Shown here: piece by piece, positions 48,313 through 59,050 of the stretch
Numbering within the stretch: position 1 is the stretch's first letter
How the letters are laid out: the number at the start of each line of letters is the position of its first letter
NCBI GenBank assembly: GCA_948470605.1
Contig: CAOKPI010000002.1
Location: 19,015 to 83,014 of the forward strand
Origin: an uncultured Clostridium sp.
GTDB taxonomy: Bacteria; Bacillota; Clostridia; TANB77; CAG-508
Direction: 5' to 3'
Length of the DNA stretch: 64,000 bases
Made by a program: the position numbers and the translations under genes
Notes under the pieces: generated by a model
What the model was told of the DNA's origin: nothing
Database searches by the model: none
Seen by the model: only the letters and a program-made list of their open reading frames with translations

Positions 48313-51300
48313 ATGTCAAAATTTGTGCATTTACATATCCACAGTGAATTCAGTTTACTAGATGGAGCCAATCGAATCAAAGACTTACCAGTACGAGCCA
48401 AAGAATTAGGAATGGAGGCCATAGCCATCACTGACCATGGAGCGATGTATGGAGCCATTGATTTTTATAAAGCTTGTAAAAAAGAAGGCATCAAGCCAAT
48501 CATTGGATGTGAGGTCTATGTAGCACCAAGAAGCCGTTTTGATAAAGAGCCAAATATCGATAATCGATACAATCACTTAATCTTATTGGCAAAAAATCAG
48601 CAAGGATATCAAAATTTGAGTAAACTAGTCTCCATTGGATTTGTAGATGGTTATTATTATAAACCTCGTATCGACATAGAGGTATTAGAAAAATACCACG
48701 AAGGATTAATATGCTTAAGTGCTTGTTTAGCAGGTTCTGTCAATCAATCCTTATTAAAGGGAGACAATGAAAAGGCAGAAGAAATTGCACTTTGGCATAA
48801 AAAAGTATTTGGAGAAGATTATTATATTGAAATTCAAAACAATGGGATAAAAGAACAAGTTTTGGCTAACCAAAAATTAATTGCTTTAGCTAGAAAATTA
48901 GAGATTCCACTAGTAGCCACCAATGATGCCCATTATCTAAAAAGGGAAGATGCCTATAATCACGAAGTTTTACTTTGTATTCAAACAGGTAAAAGAATGA
49001 GTGATATGGACCGAATGCGTTTTGAAACAGATGAATTATATGTGAAATCACCAGAAGAAATGATAGAGTATTTCAAATCCTTTCCAGATGCGATTGAGAA
49101 TACCGTTAAAATTGCAGAAAAATGTAATGTGGAATTTGAATTTGGTCATACCATTTTGCCAAATTACGATGTGCCAGAAGAATTTCCAACTCATTATGAT
49201 TATTTTAAAAAATTATGTGATGATGGTATTAAAAATAGATATGGGGAAAATCCTTCTCAAGAAATATTAGATAGGATGGAATATGAACTTGGTGTCATTC
49301 AAAAGATGGGATATGTCGATTATTTCCTAATTGTATGGGACTTTATTCATTATGCCAAAACACATGGGATACCAGTAGGACCAGGAAGAGGTTCAGGAGC
49401 AGGTTCCATTATTGCCTATGCTATTGAAATTACAGATATTGACCCTATGAAATATGGTCTTCTTTTTGAAAGATTTTTAAATCCAGAAAGAATTAGTATG
49501 CCTGACTTTGACGTAGATTTTTGTTATGAACATAGACAAGATGTAATTGACTACGTATCTGAAAAATATGGACATGACCATGTGTCTCAGATTATCACAT
49601 TTGGAACGATGGCAGCTAAAATGGTTATCCGAGATGTAGCAAGGGTGCTAGATGTAGCTTATGCAGAAGCAGATAGTTTGGCAAAAATGATACCAAATGA
49701 ATTGCATATTACCATTCAAAAGGCATTAGAACAAAATAAAGAACTAAAAGAACGATATGAAACAGATGAAACGGTAAAAAAAGTATTAGATATTGCGATG
49801 GCATTAGAAGGAATGCCAAGACAGGCATCCACACACGCTTGCGGAGTGGTCATCACCAAAGAACCAGTTGATACTTATGTGCCATTGTATGTTCGAGATG
49901 ACCAAATTTCAACCCAATACATCATGACAACTTTAGAGGAATTGGGCTTATTAAAAATGGACTTTTTAGGATTAAGAACCTTGACTGTTATTCAAGATAC
50001 CATTGATTTAGTGAAAGAAAATAGGGGAATTGATGTCGAATTTGACAAAGAAATGGCAGACCCAAAGGTATATAAACTATGGCAAGAGGGAAAATCCTGT
50101 GGCATATTCCAATTTGAGTCACAAGGTATGACAAATTTCATGAAGGAACTAAAACCAGACTGTTTAGAAGACTTGATAGCAGGAGTATCTCTATACAGAC
50201 CAGGGCCAATGGACCAAATTCCAAGATATGTAAAAGGAAAACTAAATCCGGGACACAATGAATATACCCATCCACGATTAGAGCCAATCCTAAATGTAAC
50301 TTATGGTTGTATGGTTTATCAAGAACAAGTTATGCAGATTGTACGTGATTTAGCTGGCTATTCACTAGGAAGAGCTGACTTAGTAAGAAGAGCCATGGGA
50401 AAGAAAAAGCTAGACGTCATGGCAAAAGAAAGAGAAGTATTTATCCATGGACAAGTAGACGACGAAGGCAATGTAGTTGTGCCAGGATGTGTTAGAAATG
50501 GAATTGACGAAGCATCCGCCAATAAAATATTTGATGAAATGGCAGAATTTGCGAAATATGCCTTCAATAAATCACATGCAGCTTGTTATGCTGTCATTGC
50601 TTACCGAACTGCTTACTTAAAAGCTTATTACCCAGCAGAATTCATGGCAGCTACCCTAAATAGCTTTTTAGGAAACTTAGACAAAATACCACAATATATT
50701 GATGAATGCAAATTACTTGGCATCGAAATATTGAAACCAGAAATCAACAAAAGTGATGCTAAATTTACCACTGAATATGATGGCGAGTTTGGCGAGTCAG
50801 ACCCAAAGTTGCCAATAAGCAAAAAACAATCAACCACAGAATTATTATCACAGTCAAAAGCTAAGATTCGTTTTGGTTTAGGAAGTATTAAAAATGTGGG
50901 AACTGTGCCAGTTAATAGCGTTGTCAAAGAAAGAAGAGAAAATGGACCTTATAAGAGTTTCACCGATTTTTGTGAGAGAATAGCAGATGAAGCGGTTAAT
51001 AAAAAATGTATCGAAAGTTTAATAAAAGCAGGGGCTTTTGACGAATTTGAACAGACAAGAAGTACTTTATTAGCTTCTTTTGAAGGAATTATCGATTCGA
51101 TTCAAAGTAGTAAGAAAAGAGGTTTAGCGGGACAAGTTTCCATGTTTGATTTAGGCTCTGAACAAGAAAAAGAAGAAATGAATGAGGTTAAATATAAGTT
51201 TTATGAACAAGAAGAAATGTCAAATAAAGAGTTGTTGTCCATTGAAAAAGAAATGCTGGGAATTTATATTTCTGGTCACCCATTGGAAAAATTGAGAAGT

Positions 51301-51894
51301 CAAATTGATGCACAAGCAACTATTAATACTATGCAATTACGAGAGTTAGATGAGCAGATGAGTTCACAAATGTTAATGGAAGAAGGAGTAAGAAATGAGA
51401 AACCAAAATTTGTGGATGGGCAAAAAATAAAATATATAGGAATTATTACTTCGATTAAAAAGAAATATACAAAAAATAATAAGATTATGGCTTTTGTTAC
51501 GATAGAAGATTTATATGGTACAGCTGAAATCATTGTATTTGAGAATGCTTACTTAACAGCAGGTAAGAGTTTAGTGGAAGAAAATATTGTTGTGGTCCAT
51601 GGTCGTTTGAGCATTCGAGAAGATGATACGACTACTATTATTGCTAATGAATTAAAAGATTTTGGCAATCAAAAACAGAAGATTTTTACCCTTGATATTA
51701 CAAATGCTAATGACGAACAAAAGGAAAAGTTAAGAGGGGCTTTGCGATATTTTAATGGGGATAGAAATAATATGAATGTGCAAATTAGGATAGAAGAAGA
51801 ACTAAAACCATGTGGACAGATTTATTGGACAGAGCAGATTCAAGGAGTGTTTGAAGATATTTTGGGAAAAGAAAATGTGGACATGGGGACGTAG
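48313..51894 (+). CDS. dnaE: DNA polymerase III alpha subunit (DnaE-type)
   Basis: The PHP domain is HLHIHSEFSLLDGA. The polymerase core motifs are GPGRGSGAGS and PDFDVDF. An OB-fold C-terminus is present. It is 1193 aa. The last 5 codons and the stop lie inside a REP-like hairpin. Confidence 0.95.
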   Translation: MSKFVHLHIHSEFSLLDGANRIKDLPVRAKELGMEAIAITDHGAMYGAIDFYKACKKEGIKPIIGCEVYVAPRSRFDKEPNIDNRYNHLILLAKNQQGYQNLSKLVSIGFVDGYYYKPRIDIEVLEKYHEGLICLSACLAGSVNQSLLKGDNEKAEEIALWHKKVFGEDYYIEIQNNGIKEQVLANQKLIALARKLEIPLVATNDAHYLKREDAYNHEVLLCIQTGKRMSDMDRMRFETDELYVKSPEEMIEYFKSFPDAIENTVKIAEKCNVEFEFGHTILPNYDVPEEFPTHYDYFKKLCDDGIKNRYGENPSQEILDRMEYELGVIQKMGYVDYFLIVWDFIHYAKTHGIPVGPGRGSGAGSIIAYAIEITDIDPMKYGLLFERFLNPERISMPDFDVDFCYEHRQDVIDYVSEKYGHDHVSQIITFGTMAAKMVIRDVARVLDVAYAEADSLAKMIPNELHITIQKALEQNKELKERYETDETVKKVLDIAMALEGMPRQASTHACGVVITKEPVDTYVPLYVRDDQISTQYIMTTLEELGLLKMDFLGLRTLTVIQDTIDLVKENRGIDVEFDKEMADPKVYKLWQEGKSCGIFQFESQGMTNFMKELKPDCLEDLIAGVSLYRPGPMDQIPRYVKGKLNPGHNEYTHPRLEPILNVTYGCMVYQEQVMQIVRDLAGYSLGRADLVRRAMGKKKLDVMAKEREVFIHGQVDDEGNVVVPGCVRNGIDEASANKIFDEMAEFAKYAFNKSHAACYAVIAYRTAYLKAYYPAEFMAATLNSFLGNLDKIPQYIDECKLLGIEILKPEINKSDAKFTTEYDGEFGESDPKLPISKKQSTTELLSQSKAKIRFGLGSIKNVGTVPVNSVVKERRENGPYKSFTDFCERIADEAVNKKCIESLIKAGAFDEFEQTRSTLLASFEGIIDSIQSSKKRGLAGQVSMFDLGSEQEKEEMNEVKYKFYEQEEMSNKELLSIEKEMLGIYISGHPLEKLRSQIDAQATINTMQLRELDEQMSSQMLMEEGVRNEKPKFVDGQKIKYIGIITSIKKKYTKNNKIMAFVTIEDLYGTAEIIVFENAYLTAGKSLVEENIVVVHGRLSIREDDTTTIIANELKDFGNQKQKIFTLDITNANDEQKEKLRGALRYFNGDRNNMNVQIRIEEELKPCGQIYWTEQIQGVFEDILGKENVDMGT

Positions 51895-51904
51895 ATGATG
51901 TCCC
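51877..51904. repeat. REP-like hairpin GTGGACATGGGGACGTAGATGATGTCCC overlapping the dnaE stop
   Basis: It carries the GGGGACGTAGAT core in plus orientation and is inverted relative to the copy at 53414-53448. Confidence 0.65.
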
Positions 51905-52011
51905 TATTTGTGCCTTTTTCTATAAAAAATTATGAGAAATAGTGTTGAGGTGAAATTTTTTGTTAATGAAATAAGTAATAAATGATAAGAATTTTGAAAG
52001 AGGAAACGATT

Positions 52012-52350
52012 ATGGAAAAAATTGAAATGTTAGAAGGAATTTTGAATAGTTATCCATATCCTATTGTTTTTGTAGATAATGATTATAGGATTAGATTTAT
52101 GAATAAAAATGCACAATACCATTATCGCAAAAAGGGAAAAAATCTAATAGGAAAGAGCATATTTGATTGTCATAATGAAAAATCTATTGGAAAAATAAAA
52201 AACACTTATGAAGAAATTAAAAAAACTGAAAAAGATGTATTTATATTTGTAAATTCTAGAAATCAAAGAGTTTATATGCAAGGTGTCAAAAATCAAAAAG
52301 GCGAATGGATAGGATTTATAGAAAGATTTGAATTAAACTTGCAAATGTAA
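52012..52350 (+). CDS. small PAS-domain protein
   Basis: The sequence YPIVFVDNDYRIRFMNKNAQ..GKSIFDCH is a PAS-fold signature. It is 113 aa. Confidence 0.5.
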   Translation: MEKIEMLEGILNSYPYPIVFVDNDYRIRFMNKNAQYHYRKKGKNLIGKSIFDCHNEKSIGKIKNTYEEIKKTEKDVFIFVNSRNQRVYMQGVKNQKGEWIGFIERFELNLQM

Positions 52351-52364
52351 ATAAAATAAGATTG

Positions 52365-52425
52365 CTACACTGCAATGGTTTCATTTATTTGTGAGAAAGT
52401 AAAATGAAACCATTGTAGTGTAGTA
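52365..52425 (+). terminator. very long hairpin (22-bp stem, 1 mismatch) after the PAS gene; a terminator or structured RNA
   Basis: ctacactgcaatggtttcattt..aaatgaaaccattgtagtgtag. Confidence 0.5.
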
Positions 52426-52574
52426 ATTTCTATCACTTATTATACTATGCTATTAAACAAAGCTTTTCAAAATATTTAAACATAGGATATTTAAAAATTC
52501 ACAAAAAAGCGTGCAATTTTATGGGAAATGTGATACCATAATTATACGAAAATCATTTTAATAATTTTATCAAG

Positions 52575-53414
52575 TTGTTTTATTCAAATAATTTTAATCA
52601 TGAACTAAATCCAATCATTAAAAAACAAAAAGAGGAGGTGAATGCCATACCGAGAGTAGCAAGAAAAAATCATATAAGTCAATATTTTCATATTGTTGTT
52701 AAGGGAATAAATGCAGAATATATATTTAGAAAAAAAGAGTATATGGAAAAATATAAGAATTTATTGAAAAAGAATGCAAAGAATCATCAAATCAATATAC
52801 TTGCTTACTGTATTATGAATAATCATGCCCATATATTATTATATACAAAAGAAAAAACTGAAATGGCTAGTTTTATGCAAAAAACCAATACTAGCTATGC
52901 TAAATATTATAATTTTTATGAAGATAGAGAGGGATATGTTTTTAAAGGACGATATTATACACAAAATATTTTATCATTAAAACAATTATATAATTGTTTG
53001 GTTTATATCCATAAAAATCCAATAAAGGCAAATTTAGTAACCAAAATGGAAGATTATCCGTTTTCAAGTTATCACGAATTCTTTAAAGATAAAGAGATAA
53101 TAGATGAACAAAGTATAAAATTGTTAGAATTAAAATTAGATAATTATTATAATGATTTAATAAAAATACATAGAATGGAAGATATTACAGATATATTTGA
53201 TATAAAAGAATACATAGATGCCCAACAAATCTTAAGAGAATATGAAAATAATTACAAGCAACCAATTAAAAAATTGAAGGAACAAAACGAAATTTTAGAA
53301 AAGATAATTGTTGATTTAAATGAAAAGGCAGGAATGCCAATTAGAAAGATAGCAGAAAAGATAAGTGTTAATAAAAACAAAGTGAATAAAATTTTAAAAG
53401 AAAAAAGAAAATAG
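52575..53414 (+). CDS. Y1 HUH transposase-family protein (IS200/RAYT-like REP-associated tyrosine transposase) with a C-terminal HTH-like extension
   Basis: The HUH motif is NNHAHILL. The catalytic Tyr context is FKGRYYTQNI. The N-terminal FHIVVKG is typical of the Y1_Tnp fold. The gene is flanked by inverted GGGGACGTA[G/C]AT hairpins. Confidence 0.65.
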   Translation: MFYSNNFNHELNPIIKKQKEEVNAIPRVARKNHISQYFHIVVKGINAEYIFRKKEYMEKYKNLLKKNAKNHQINILAYCIMNNHAHILLYTKEKTEMASFMQKTNTSYAKYYNFYEDREGYVFKGRYYTQNILSLKQLYNCLVYIHKNPIKANLVTKMEDYPFSSYHEFFKDKEIIDEQSIKLLELKLDNYYNDLIKIHRMEDITDIFDIKEYIDAQQILREYENNYKQPIKKLKEQNEILEKIIVDLNEKAGMPIRKIAEKISVNKNKVNKILKEKRK

Positions 53415-53448
53415 GGGACAAAATGTACGTCCCCATGTCCTCCATGTC
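53414..53448. repeat. REP-like hairpin GGGGACAAAATGTACGTCCCC plus ATGTCC repeats between the transposase stop and the mgtA stop
   Basis: The reverse-complement core is GGGGACGTACAT, inverted relative to the copy at 51877-51904. Confidence 0.65.
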
Positions 53449-56109
53449 CTAAATCCATTCACCATATTTTTTCATATAAATCTTTTTAGCAAAAATGGCC
53501 ACAAAGCAATAAAGAAGAGTAATTGCAAAAATCAAGAAAATATATTTTGTAGCAATTGGTACAAATCCAAGTAAATTTCCTAAACCAGTAAAAGGAACCA
53601 AAATTCCAATAATAATTAAAGAAATAGAGGAAATATAAACAGCTTTATGGGCATTACTTTGTACAAATGGCAATTTAGCGGTACGAATGATATGCATGCC
53701 TACTAAATTGGAGGTGATGCTATAACTAAACCAAATGGTTTGGAAAGTAGCGACATCTCTTACTTGGAAAATGAACCAAAGAGAGGCAAATACAAGCATA
53801 TCAAAGGCAGAGCTAAGTGGTCCCATAAAAAACATAAATTCTTTTAGACTCTTGATGGAAAATGTTTTTGGCTTCTGTAAAGATTCTTTGTCTACATGGT
53901 CAAAAGGTAAAGTCAATTGTCCAAAATCATATAATAAACCTTCTACTAATAATTGAATAGGTGTTTCTGGTAAAAAAGGTAGCAAAGCACTAGCAATGAC
54001 GACAGAAACGACTTCTCCAAAGTTGAAACTAGTTGCTAATTTAATATATTTCATAAGATTCACATAGGTACGTCTTCCTTCTGTGACACCATCTAGTAAT
54101 ACATTTAAGTCTTTTTCTAATAAGATAATATCAGCAGCTTCTTTGGCAATATCAACTGCGGTATCAACAGAAATTCCAACATCGGAATTGGTAAGGGAAG
54201 GGCTATCATTAATGCCATCTCCCATATAGCCTACGACATTTCCGGATTCTCTTAAAAGCCTTACAATTCTAGCTTTTTGAATTGGAGAAAGTTTGGCGAA
54301 TATATTGGTTTTCTTCAATAATCGTAAAACAGCAACATCGGTTAATTTATCCAGTTTACTTCCTAATACAATATTTTTAGAGTTAATACCGACTTTATTA
54401 CAAATACATCTTGTAACTTCTGCATTATCTCCTGTTAAAACCATGACACGAATGCCAGCACGATTTAATTTTTCGATGGACTCTTTGGCACTTTCCTTTG
54501 GAGGGTCTAAAAATCCAATAAATCCTAATAATATCATATTTTTTTCGTCAGCCACTGAAAAGTTTTCGATGTTAGTAATATCATTTTTTTGACATACAGC
54601 TACGACTCTTAGTCCATCTTCATTTAATTTCTTGCTAATTTGTCTGATATTTTCTTTGATTTCTTTCGTGATAGGAGAAACTTTTCCTTTATAATCAATC
54701 ATGGTACAAATGCTTAGAATTTCTTCCACAGCACCTTTGGTGATTAATTGCTTTTTTGTACCATCACTTACGACAACAGATAAACGCCTACGAGAAAAGT
54801 CAAAAGGAATTTCATCTATTTTTTTATATTTTTCTGAAATCTCTTTCATGTTATTTTCAAAAGCTCTTTGGATAACAGCTTCATCAATATTTCCTTTTAA
54901 TCCAGTTTGAAAGTAGGAATTTAAAAAGGCATGTTTTAAAACTCTAGTATCTTCTTCTCCTTGAACATCTAGATATTTTTCTAATACAATTTTATCCTCT
55001 GTTAAGGTTCCTGTTTTATCGGTACATAAGATGTTCATAGCACCAAAATTCTGAATGGAATCTAGCTTTTTCACAATGGTTTTTTTCTTAGACATTCGGA
55101 TAGCACCTTTGGACAAGCTAGAGGACAAAATAACAGGTAATAGGAGAGGGGTAATCCCAATGGCGATTGCCACAGCAAAAGTAAATGCTGTAATGATATC
55201 ATGTTTCCAAGCGTTTAGTAAAAAGACGATAGGAATCATGATTAACATGAAACGAATTAACAATCTACTAATGCTTTCAATTCCTTTTTGGAAAGCGGTT
55301 TTAGGTTTTCCAAGAGTTAGGGTGTGAGCTACTTTACCAAAGTAAGTAGAGTCAGCTGTTTTGATGACAATTCCTTTGGCACTTCCTGAAATAACATTAG
55401 TTCCCATGAAACAAATGGTGTCTAAGTCTGCAATACTATCTAAATTTTCTATCGATGTTTCGGTTTCCACAAGCTTTTTAACACTATCGGATTCACCAGT
55501 TAAAGAGGATTGTCCAACATATAAATCTTTTGCCTCAATTACTCTTAAGTCAGCTGGAATCATACTACCAGCAGAAAGAAATACGACATCTCCTAAGGTG
55601 ATTTCACGAATGGGAATTTCAATTTTTTCTCCATTACGAAGCACAGTGGTTGTGGTTGCTACCAGCTGTTTTAATTCTTCTGCTGCTTTATTAGAACGAT
55701 ATTCCTCGAAAAAGTCTAATAAAGTGCTTGCTGTGACTAAGATAGCAATTACAATAATATTGGCATAACTTGGCGTGGGTGGCAAATAAATATCGGTATA
55801 AATTAAAATAGCTACAATCCCAAGTAAAATACAATTAAAAGGGGTAAATAGGCTTTCTAAAAAATAGTGATACCACTTTTTGGGTTTGGCTTGCTTAATT
55901 TCATTCAATCCTAAATTACGAAGCCTTTCTTCTGCTTCACTAGAGGAAAGTCCTTCTTCTTTTACTTTGTATTTTTTAATAAAATCTTCTTTGGGCAATG
56001 TGGCTTCTTGCCCATATAATTTAGTAACATTTACTTCGTCTTTGGTTGTATTGTTTGACAAATTAATCATCTCCATTTTTCTTAGTTCTAGGAAAGTGCA
56101 TTTATGCAC
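53449..56109 (-). CDS. mgtA: magnesium-translocating P-type ATPase
   Basis: The phosphorylation site is CTDKTGTLT. Other motifs are MLTGD and GDGINDSPSL. Ten TM segments are present. The start is GTG at 56109 or ATG at 56076. Confidence 0.9.
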   Translation of the reverse strand: MHKCTFLELRKMEMINLSNNTTKDEVNVTKLYGQEATLPKEDFIKKYKVKEEGLSSSEAEERLRNLGLNEIKQAKPKKWYHYFLESLFTPFNCILLGIVAILIYTDIYLPPTPSYANIIVIAILVTASTLLDFFEEYRSNKAAEELKQLVATTTTVLRNGEKIEIPIREITLGDVVFLSAGSMIPADLRVIEAKDLYVGQSSLTGESDSVKKLVETETSIENLDSIADLDTICFMGTNVISGSAKGIVIKTADSTYFGKVAHTLTLGKPKTAFQKGIESISRLLIRFMLIMIPIVFLLNAWKHDIITAFTFAVAIAIGITPLLLPVILSSSLSKGAIRMSKKKTIVKKLDSIQNFGAMNILCTDKTGTLTEDKIVLEKYLDVQGEEDTRVLKHAFLNSYFQTGLKGNIDEAVIQRAFENNMKEISEKYKKIDEIPFDFSRRRLSVVVSDGTKKQLITKGAVEEILSICTMIDYKGKVSPITKEIKENIRQISKKLNEDGLRVVAVCQKNDITNIENFSVADEKNMILLGFIGFLDPPKESAKESIEKLNRAGIRVMVLTGDNAEVTRCICNKVGINSKNIVLGSKLDKLTDVAVLRLLKKTNIFAKLSPIQKARIVRLLRESGNVVGYMGDGINDSPSLTNSDVGISVDTAVDIAKEAADIILLEKDLNVLLDGVTEGRRTYVNLMKYIKLATSFNFGEVVSVVIASALLPFLPETPIQLLVEGLLYDFGQLTLPFDHVDKESLQKPKTFSIKSLKEFMFFMGPLSSAFDMLVFASLWFIFQVRDVATFQTIWFSYSITSNLVGMHIIRTAKLPFVQSNAHKAVYISSISLIIIGILVPFTGLGNLLGFVPIATKYIFLIFAITLLYCFVAIFAKKIYMKKYGEWI

Positions 56110-56252
56110 TTGACATAGAAATAAATTATGCGAAGGTTAGATTTTCTTACCATTTTATGGCTTAGAAAATCTTAGCTCCGTTTTTTATTTATAAAGATTA
56201 TACCACTATTTTCAAAAGATTACACAAAAATATAGAAAAAAATATAAAAATA

Positions 56253-56284
56253 TGAGACAATGGGGACAGGTATTAGTTGTCTCA
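56253..56284. repeat. solo TGAGACAATGGGGACAGG..TTGTCTCA hairpin (A orientation) 27 nt upstream of the aminopeptidase start
   Basis: It is near-identical to hairpin A at 38295-38327. Confidence 0.7.
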
Positions 56285-56310
56285 TAAATTGAGAAGAAAA
56301 GAGAGGTATT

Positions 56311-57417
56311 ATGAAAGATACAAGAATTGAAAAATTAGCGAATCAGTTATTAACCTATTCCATTCAGATAAAACAAGGGGAAAATGTTTTAATTGAATTA
56401 TTGGGAGAAGATGGCAGTCCTTTAGCAAAAGAATTGATAAAAAAAGCGGAAGAGTTAGGAGCCAAACCATATTTTAATATTGTAAATTATGAAATTTTAC
56501 GAGTGATGTTAGAAAAAGCCACAGAGGAACAAATAAAATTATATGCCAAGCATGACCAAATGAGAATGAAAGATATGGATGCCTATATAGGAATAAGAGC
56601 TAATTCAAATAGTAGTGAATTAAGTGGAATACCAAAAGATAGGATAGAATTATATAATAAGTACTATACGGTTCCCGTTCATTTTGAAGAGAGAGTGAAA
56701 AATACAAGATGGTGTATTTTAAGATATCCAAATGCTTCCATGGCACAAATGGCAAAAATGAATCAAGATGAATTGGAAGATTTTTATTTTAAAGTATGTA
56801 ATATAGATTATGCTAAGATGTCAAAAGCAATGGAGGCATTGAAAGATTTAATGAATCGTACAGATAAGGTGCATATTTTAGGAGATGGAACAGATTTAAC
56901 ATTTAGTATCAAAGGAATTCCAGCAGAGAAATATGTGGGGACATTTAATATTCCAGATGGCGAAGTAGCAACTGCACCAGTTAAGACAAGTGTGAATGGC
57001 TATATTTCCTATAATACAGAAACAACGTATAATGGAATTACTTTTCATAATATTAGGTTTGAATTTAAAGAGGGTAAAATTGTAAAGGCAACTTCTAATA
57101 AGACAAAAGAATTAAATGAGATATTGGATGTAGATGAGGGAGCAAGATATATTGGAGAGTTTGCCTTGGGATTGAATCCATATATGGAAAAACCAATAGG
57201 GGATACGTTATTTGATGAGAAGATTAAAGGTAGCTTTCATTTTACACCAGGTGATAGTTTAGAAGAGAGTGATAATGGCAATCGTTCTAGCATTCATTGG
57301 GATATTGTGAATATACAAACTCCTGAACATGGCGGAGGAGAGATTTATTTTGATGGCGTATTGGTTAGAAAAGATGGTAGATTTGTTTTACAAGAATTGG
57401 AGAATTTAAATCCATAG
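56311..57417 (+). CDS. aminopeptidase, M29 family (AmpS/PepS-like)
   Basis: M29-like segments occur throughout (..GENVLIE.., ..EFALGLNP.., ..HFTPGDS..). It is 368 aa. Confidence 0.8.
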   Translation: MKDTRIEKLANQLLTYSIQIKQGENVLIELLGEDGSPLAKELIKKAEELGAKPYFNIVNYEILRVMLEKATEEQIKLYAKHDQMRMKDMDAYIGIRANSNSSELSGIPKDRIELYNKYYTVPVHFEERVKNTRWCILRYPNASMAQMAKMNQDELEDFYFKVCNIDYAKMSKAMEALKDLMNRTDKVHILGDGTDLTFSIKGIPAEKYVGTFNIPDGEVATAPVKTSVNGYISYNTETTYNGITFHNIRFEFKEGKIVKATSNKTKELNEILDVDEGARYIGEFALGLNPYMEKPIGDTLFDEKIKGSFHFTPGDSLEESDNGNRSSIHWDIVNIQTPEHGGGEIYFDGVLVRKDGRFVLQELENLNP

Positions 57418-57477
57418 ATTGACATAATAAAAATAAGAGGATATAATATTACTATCATACATAAAGGAGGTAACGAA

Positions 57478-57975
57478 ATGACTACTAGAACAGAAAATAT
57501 AGAACGGCTAATGAAGGAATATAGTAGCCAACTTATCAGGTTTTGGGAAGAAGGTGAACTAGAGTTTTCAGACTATAATAAGTGGATTGAGTTTATAGCT
57601 GTGTATTTTACACGGCACTATAAAGACCACTTGGAGTATTGGAAAGCAACAGCTGTCGATGACAAAGATGAGTACCGATACTGGGAAAGAAAGATAGCCA
57701 CAGAGTTGGAGACAATGTACCATGTAGTTAAAGGTGCAATTGAAGAACAGTACAACATATGTACAAAAAAGCAATCATGGCTGGCAAAATTGGGAATTCG
57801 GAAAGATAGAATTCTCATGGACACAAGGAAAAATACAGAGGTATATAGAAAGATATTAGAAAATATAGGAGAAAGTCATCTATCTCCTAATAATATGTTT
57901 TTTTCTAATGTTAGATATATACTGGAGTTTGATGAAGGCAAAAGCAGTTACCGAATGTCTAGAGAATTTTTGTAA
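57478..57975 (+). CDS. hypothetical protein with GC-richer codon usage (three in-frame CGG codons)
   Basis: 165-aa ORF with an RBS and no recognised domain. Its codon usage differs from the core genes. Confidence 0.45.
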   Translation: MTTRTENIERLMKEYSSQLIRFWEEGELEFSDYNKWIEFIAVYFTRHYKDHLEYWKATAVDDKDEYRYWERKIATELETMYHVVKGAIEEQYNICTKKQSWLAKLGIRKDRILMDTRKNTEVYRKILENIGESHLSPNNMFFSNVRYILEFDEGKSSYRMSREFL

Positions 57976-58115
57976 TCTATAACCTGAATTTGATAAAAAT
58001 AAAAGGAGAGGGGCGATAAGTAGAGCCTTTCTCCTTTTAAACTAATAAGAAAATCATATATGAATAAAGTGAAATCATATGATATAGTATATGATTTTAG
58101 AAGGAAGTGATTTTT

Positions 58116-58931
58116 ATGTTTTATATTCCATCTAGTGATAATGCTAATATAGCGGTATATGAATTGAATCCAAGAGCCGATAAAACAATAGTATTAGTGC
58201 ATGGTTGGCCACTATCCCATAAGATGTTTGAGTATCAATTGCCAGATTTAATACAAGCTGGATATAGAGTAATAAGCATTGATTTAAGAGGATTTGGTGC
58301 TTCCGATGTAACAAGCAATGGATATGATTACAATCAATTTGCAACAGATTTATATTATGTTATTTATGCATTAAATCTAATGAATTTTGATTTATTGGGA
58401 TTTTCTATGGGAGGCGCTATCGTTACTAGGTATATGAAATTATATAGAGGTTATGGTGTGAGGAAATTGTGTTTATGTGATGCAGCTGTTCCGTCCTATT
58501 GTAAATCCATGAATAATCCGTATGGTCAAACGATAGAAGCGACGAATCAGTTAATAGAATTGGCATATAAAGATAGACCAGCTCTGAATGAATATTTTGG
58601 AGGTATATTTTTTTATAAACAGCCTTCCAAACCTTTTAAAGATTGGATGCAAAATTTGAATAATAGTGCTTCTGGATTAGGAGAAATGAATTCATTAATT
58701 GAGTTAAGAGATGAAAATACATTTAATGATTTAAAATATATTTCTGTGCCAACTGGGATTTTTCATGGAAAAGAAGACAAAATATGTCCTTTTCCTATGG
58801 CAGAGATTATGCATAAACAGATTCAGAATTCAACGGTATTTCCTTTTGAGCGTTCTGGACATGGAGCTTTTTATGATGATAAAGAGAATTTTAATAAAAC
58901 TTTGATACAATTTTTGGAGGAAAAAAGATAA
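58116..58931 (+). CDS. alpha/beta hydrolase
   Basis: The nucleophile elbow is GFSMGG. The motif HGWPLS is present. The C-terminal His context is SGHGAFYD. Confidence 0.8.
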   Translation: MFYIPSSDNANIAVYELNPRADKTIVLVHGWPLSHKMFEYQLPDLIQAGYRVISIDLRGFGASDVTSNGYDYNQFATDLYYVIYALNLMNFDLLGFSMGGAIVTRYMKLYRGYGVRKLCLCDAAVPSYCKSMNNPYGQTIEATNQLIELAYKDRPALNEYFGGIFFYKQPSKPFKDWMQNLNNSASGLGEMNSLIELRDENTFNDLKYISVPTGIFHGKEDKICPFPMAEIMHKQIQNSTVFPFERSGHGAFYDDKENFNKTLIQFLEEKR

Positions 58932-59050
58932 GCATAACAAATATATTATGAAAAGTCTTCATAAAACATTGACAAATCTATCAATAAATTAGATAATCTG
59001 TTAAGACAAAGAAGTTATCATACAATTGGTGAAATAGGAGGAAAAATAAT

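Noticed and set aside
56110-56252. M-box (Mg2+) riboswitch in the mgtA leader
   Set aside because: The leader is short and AT-rich with none of the conserved M-box helices recognisable. This judgement is by eye only.
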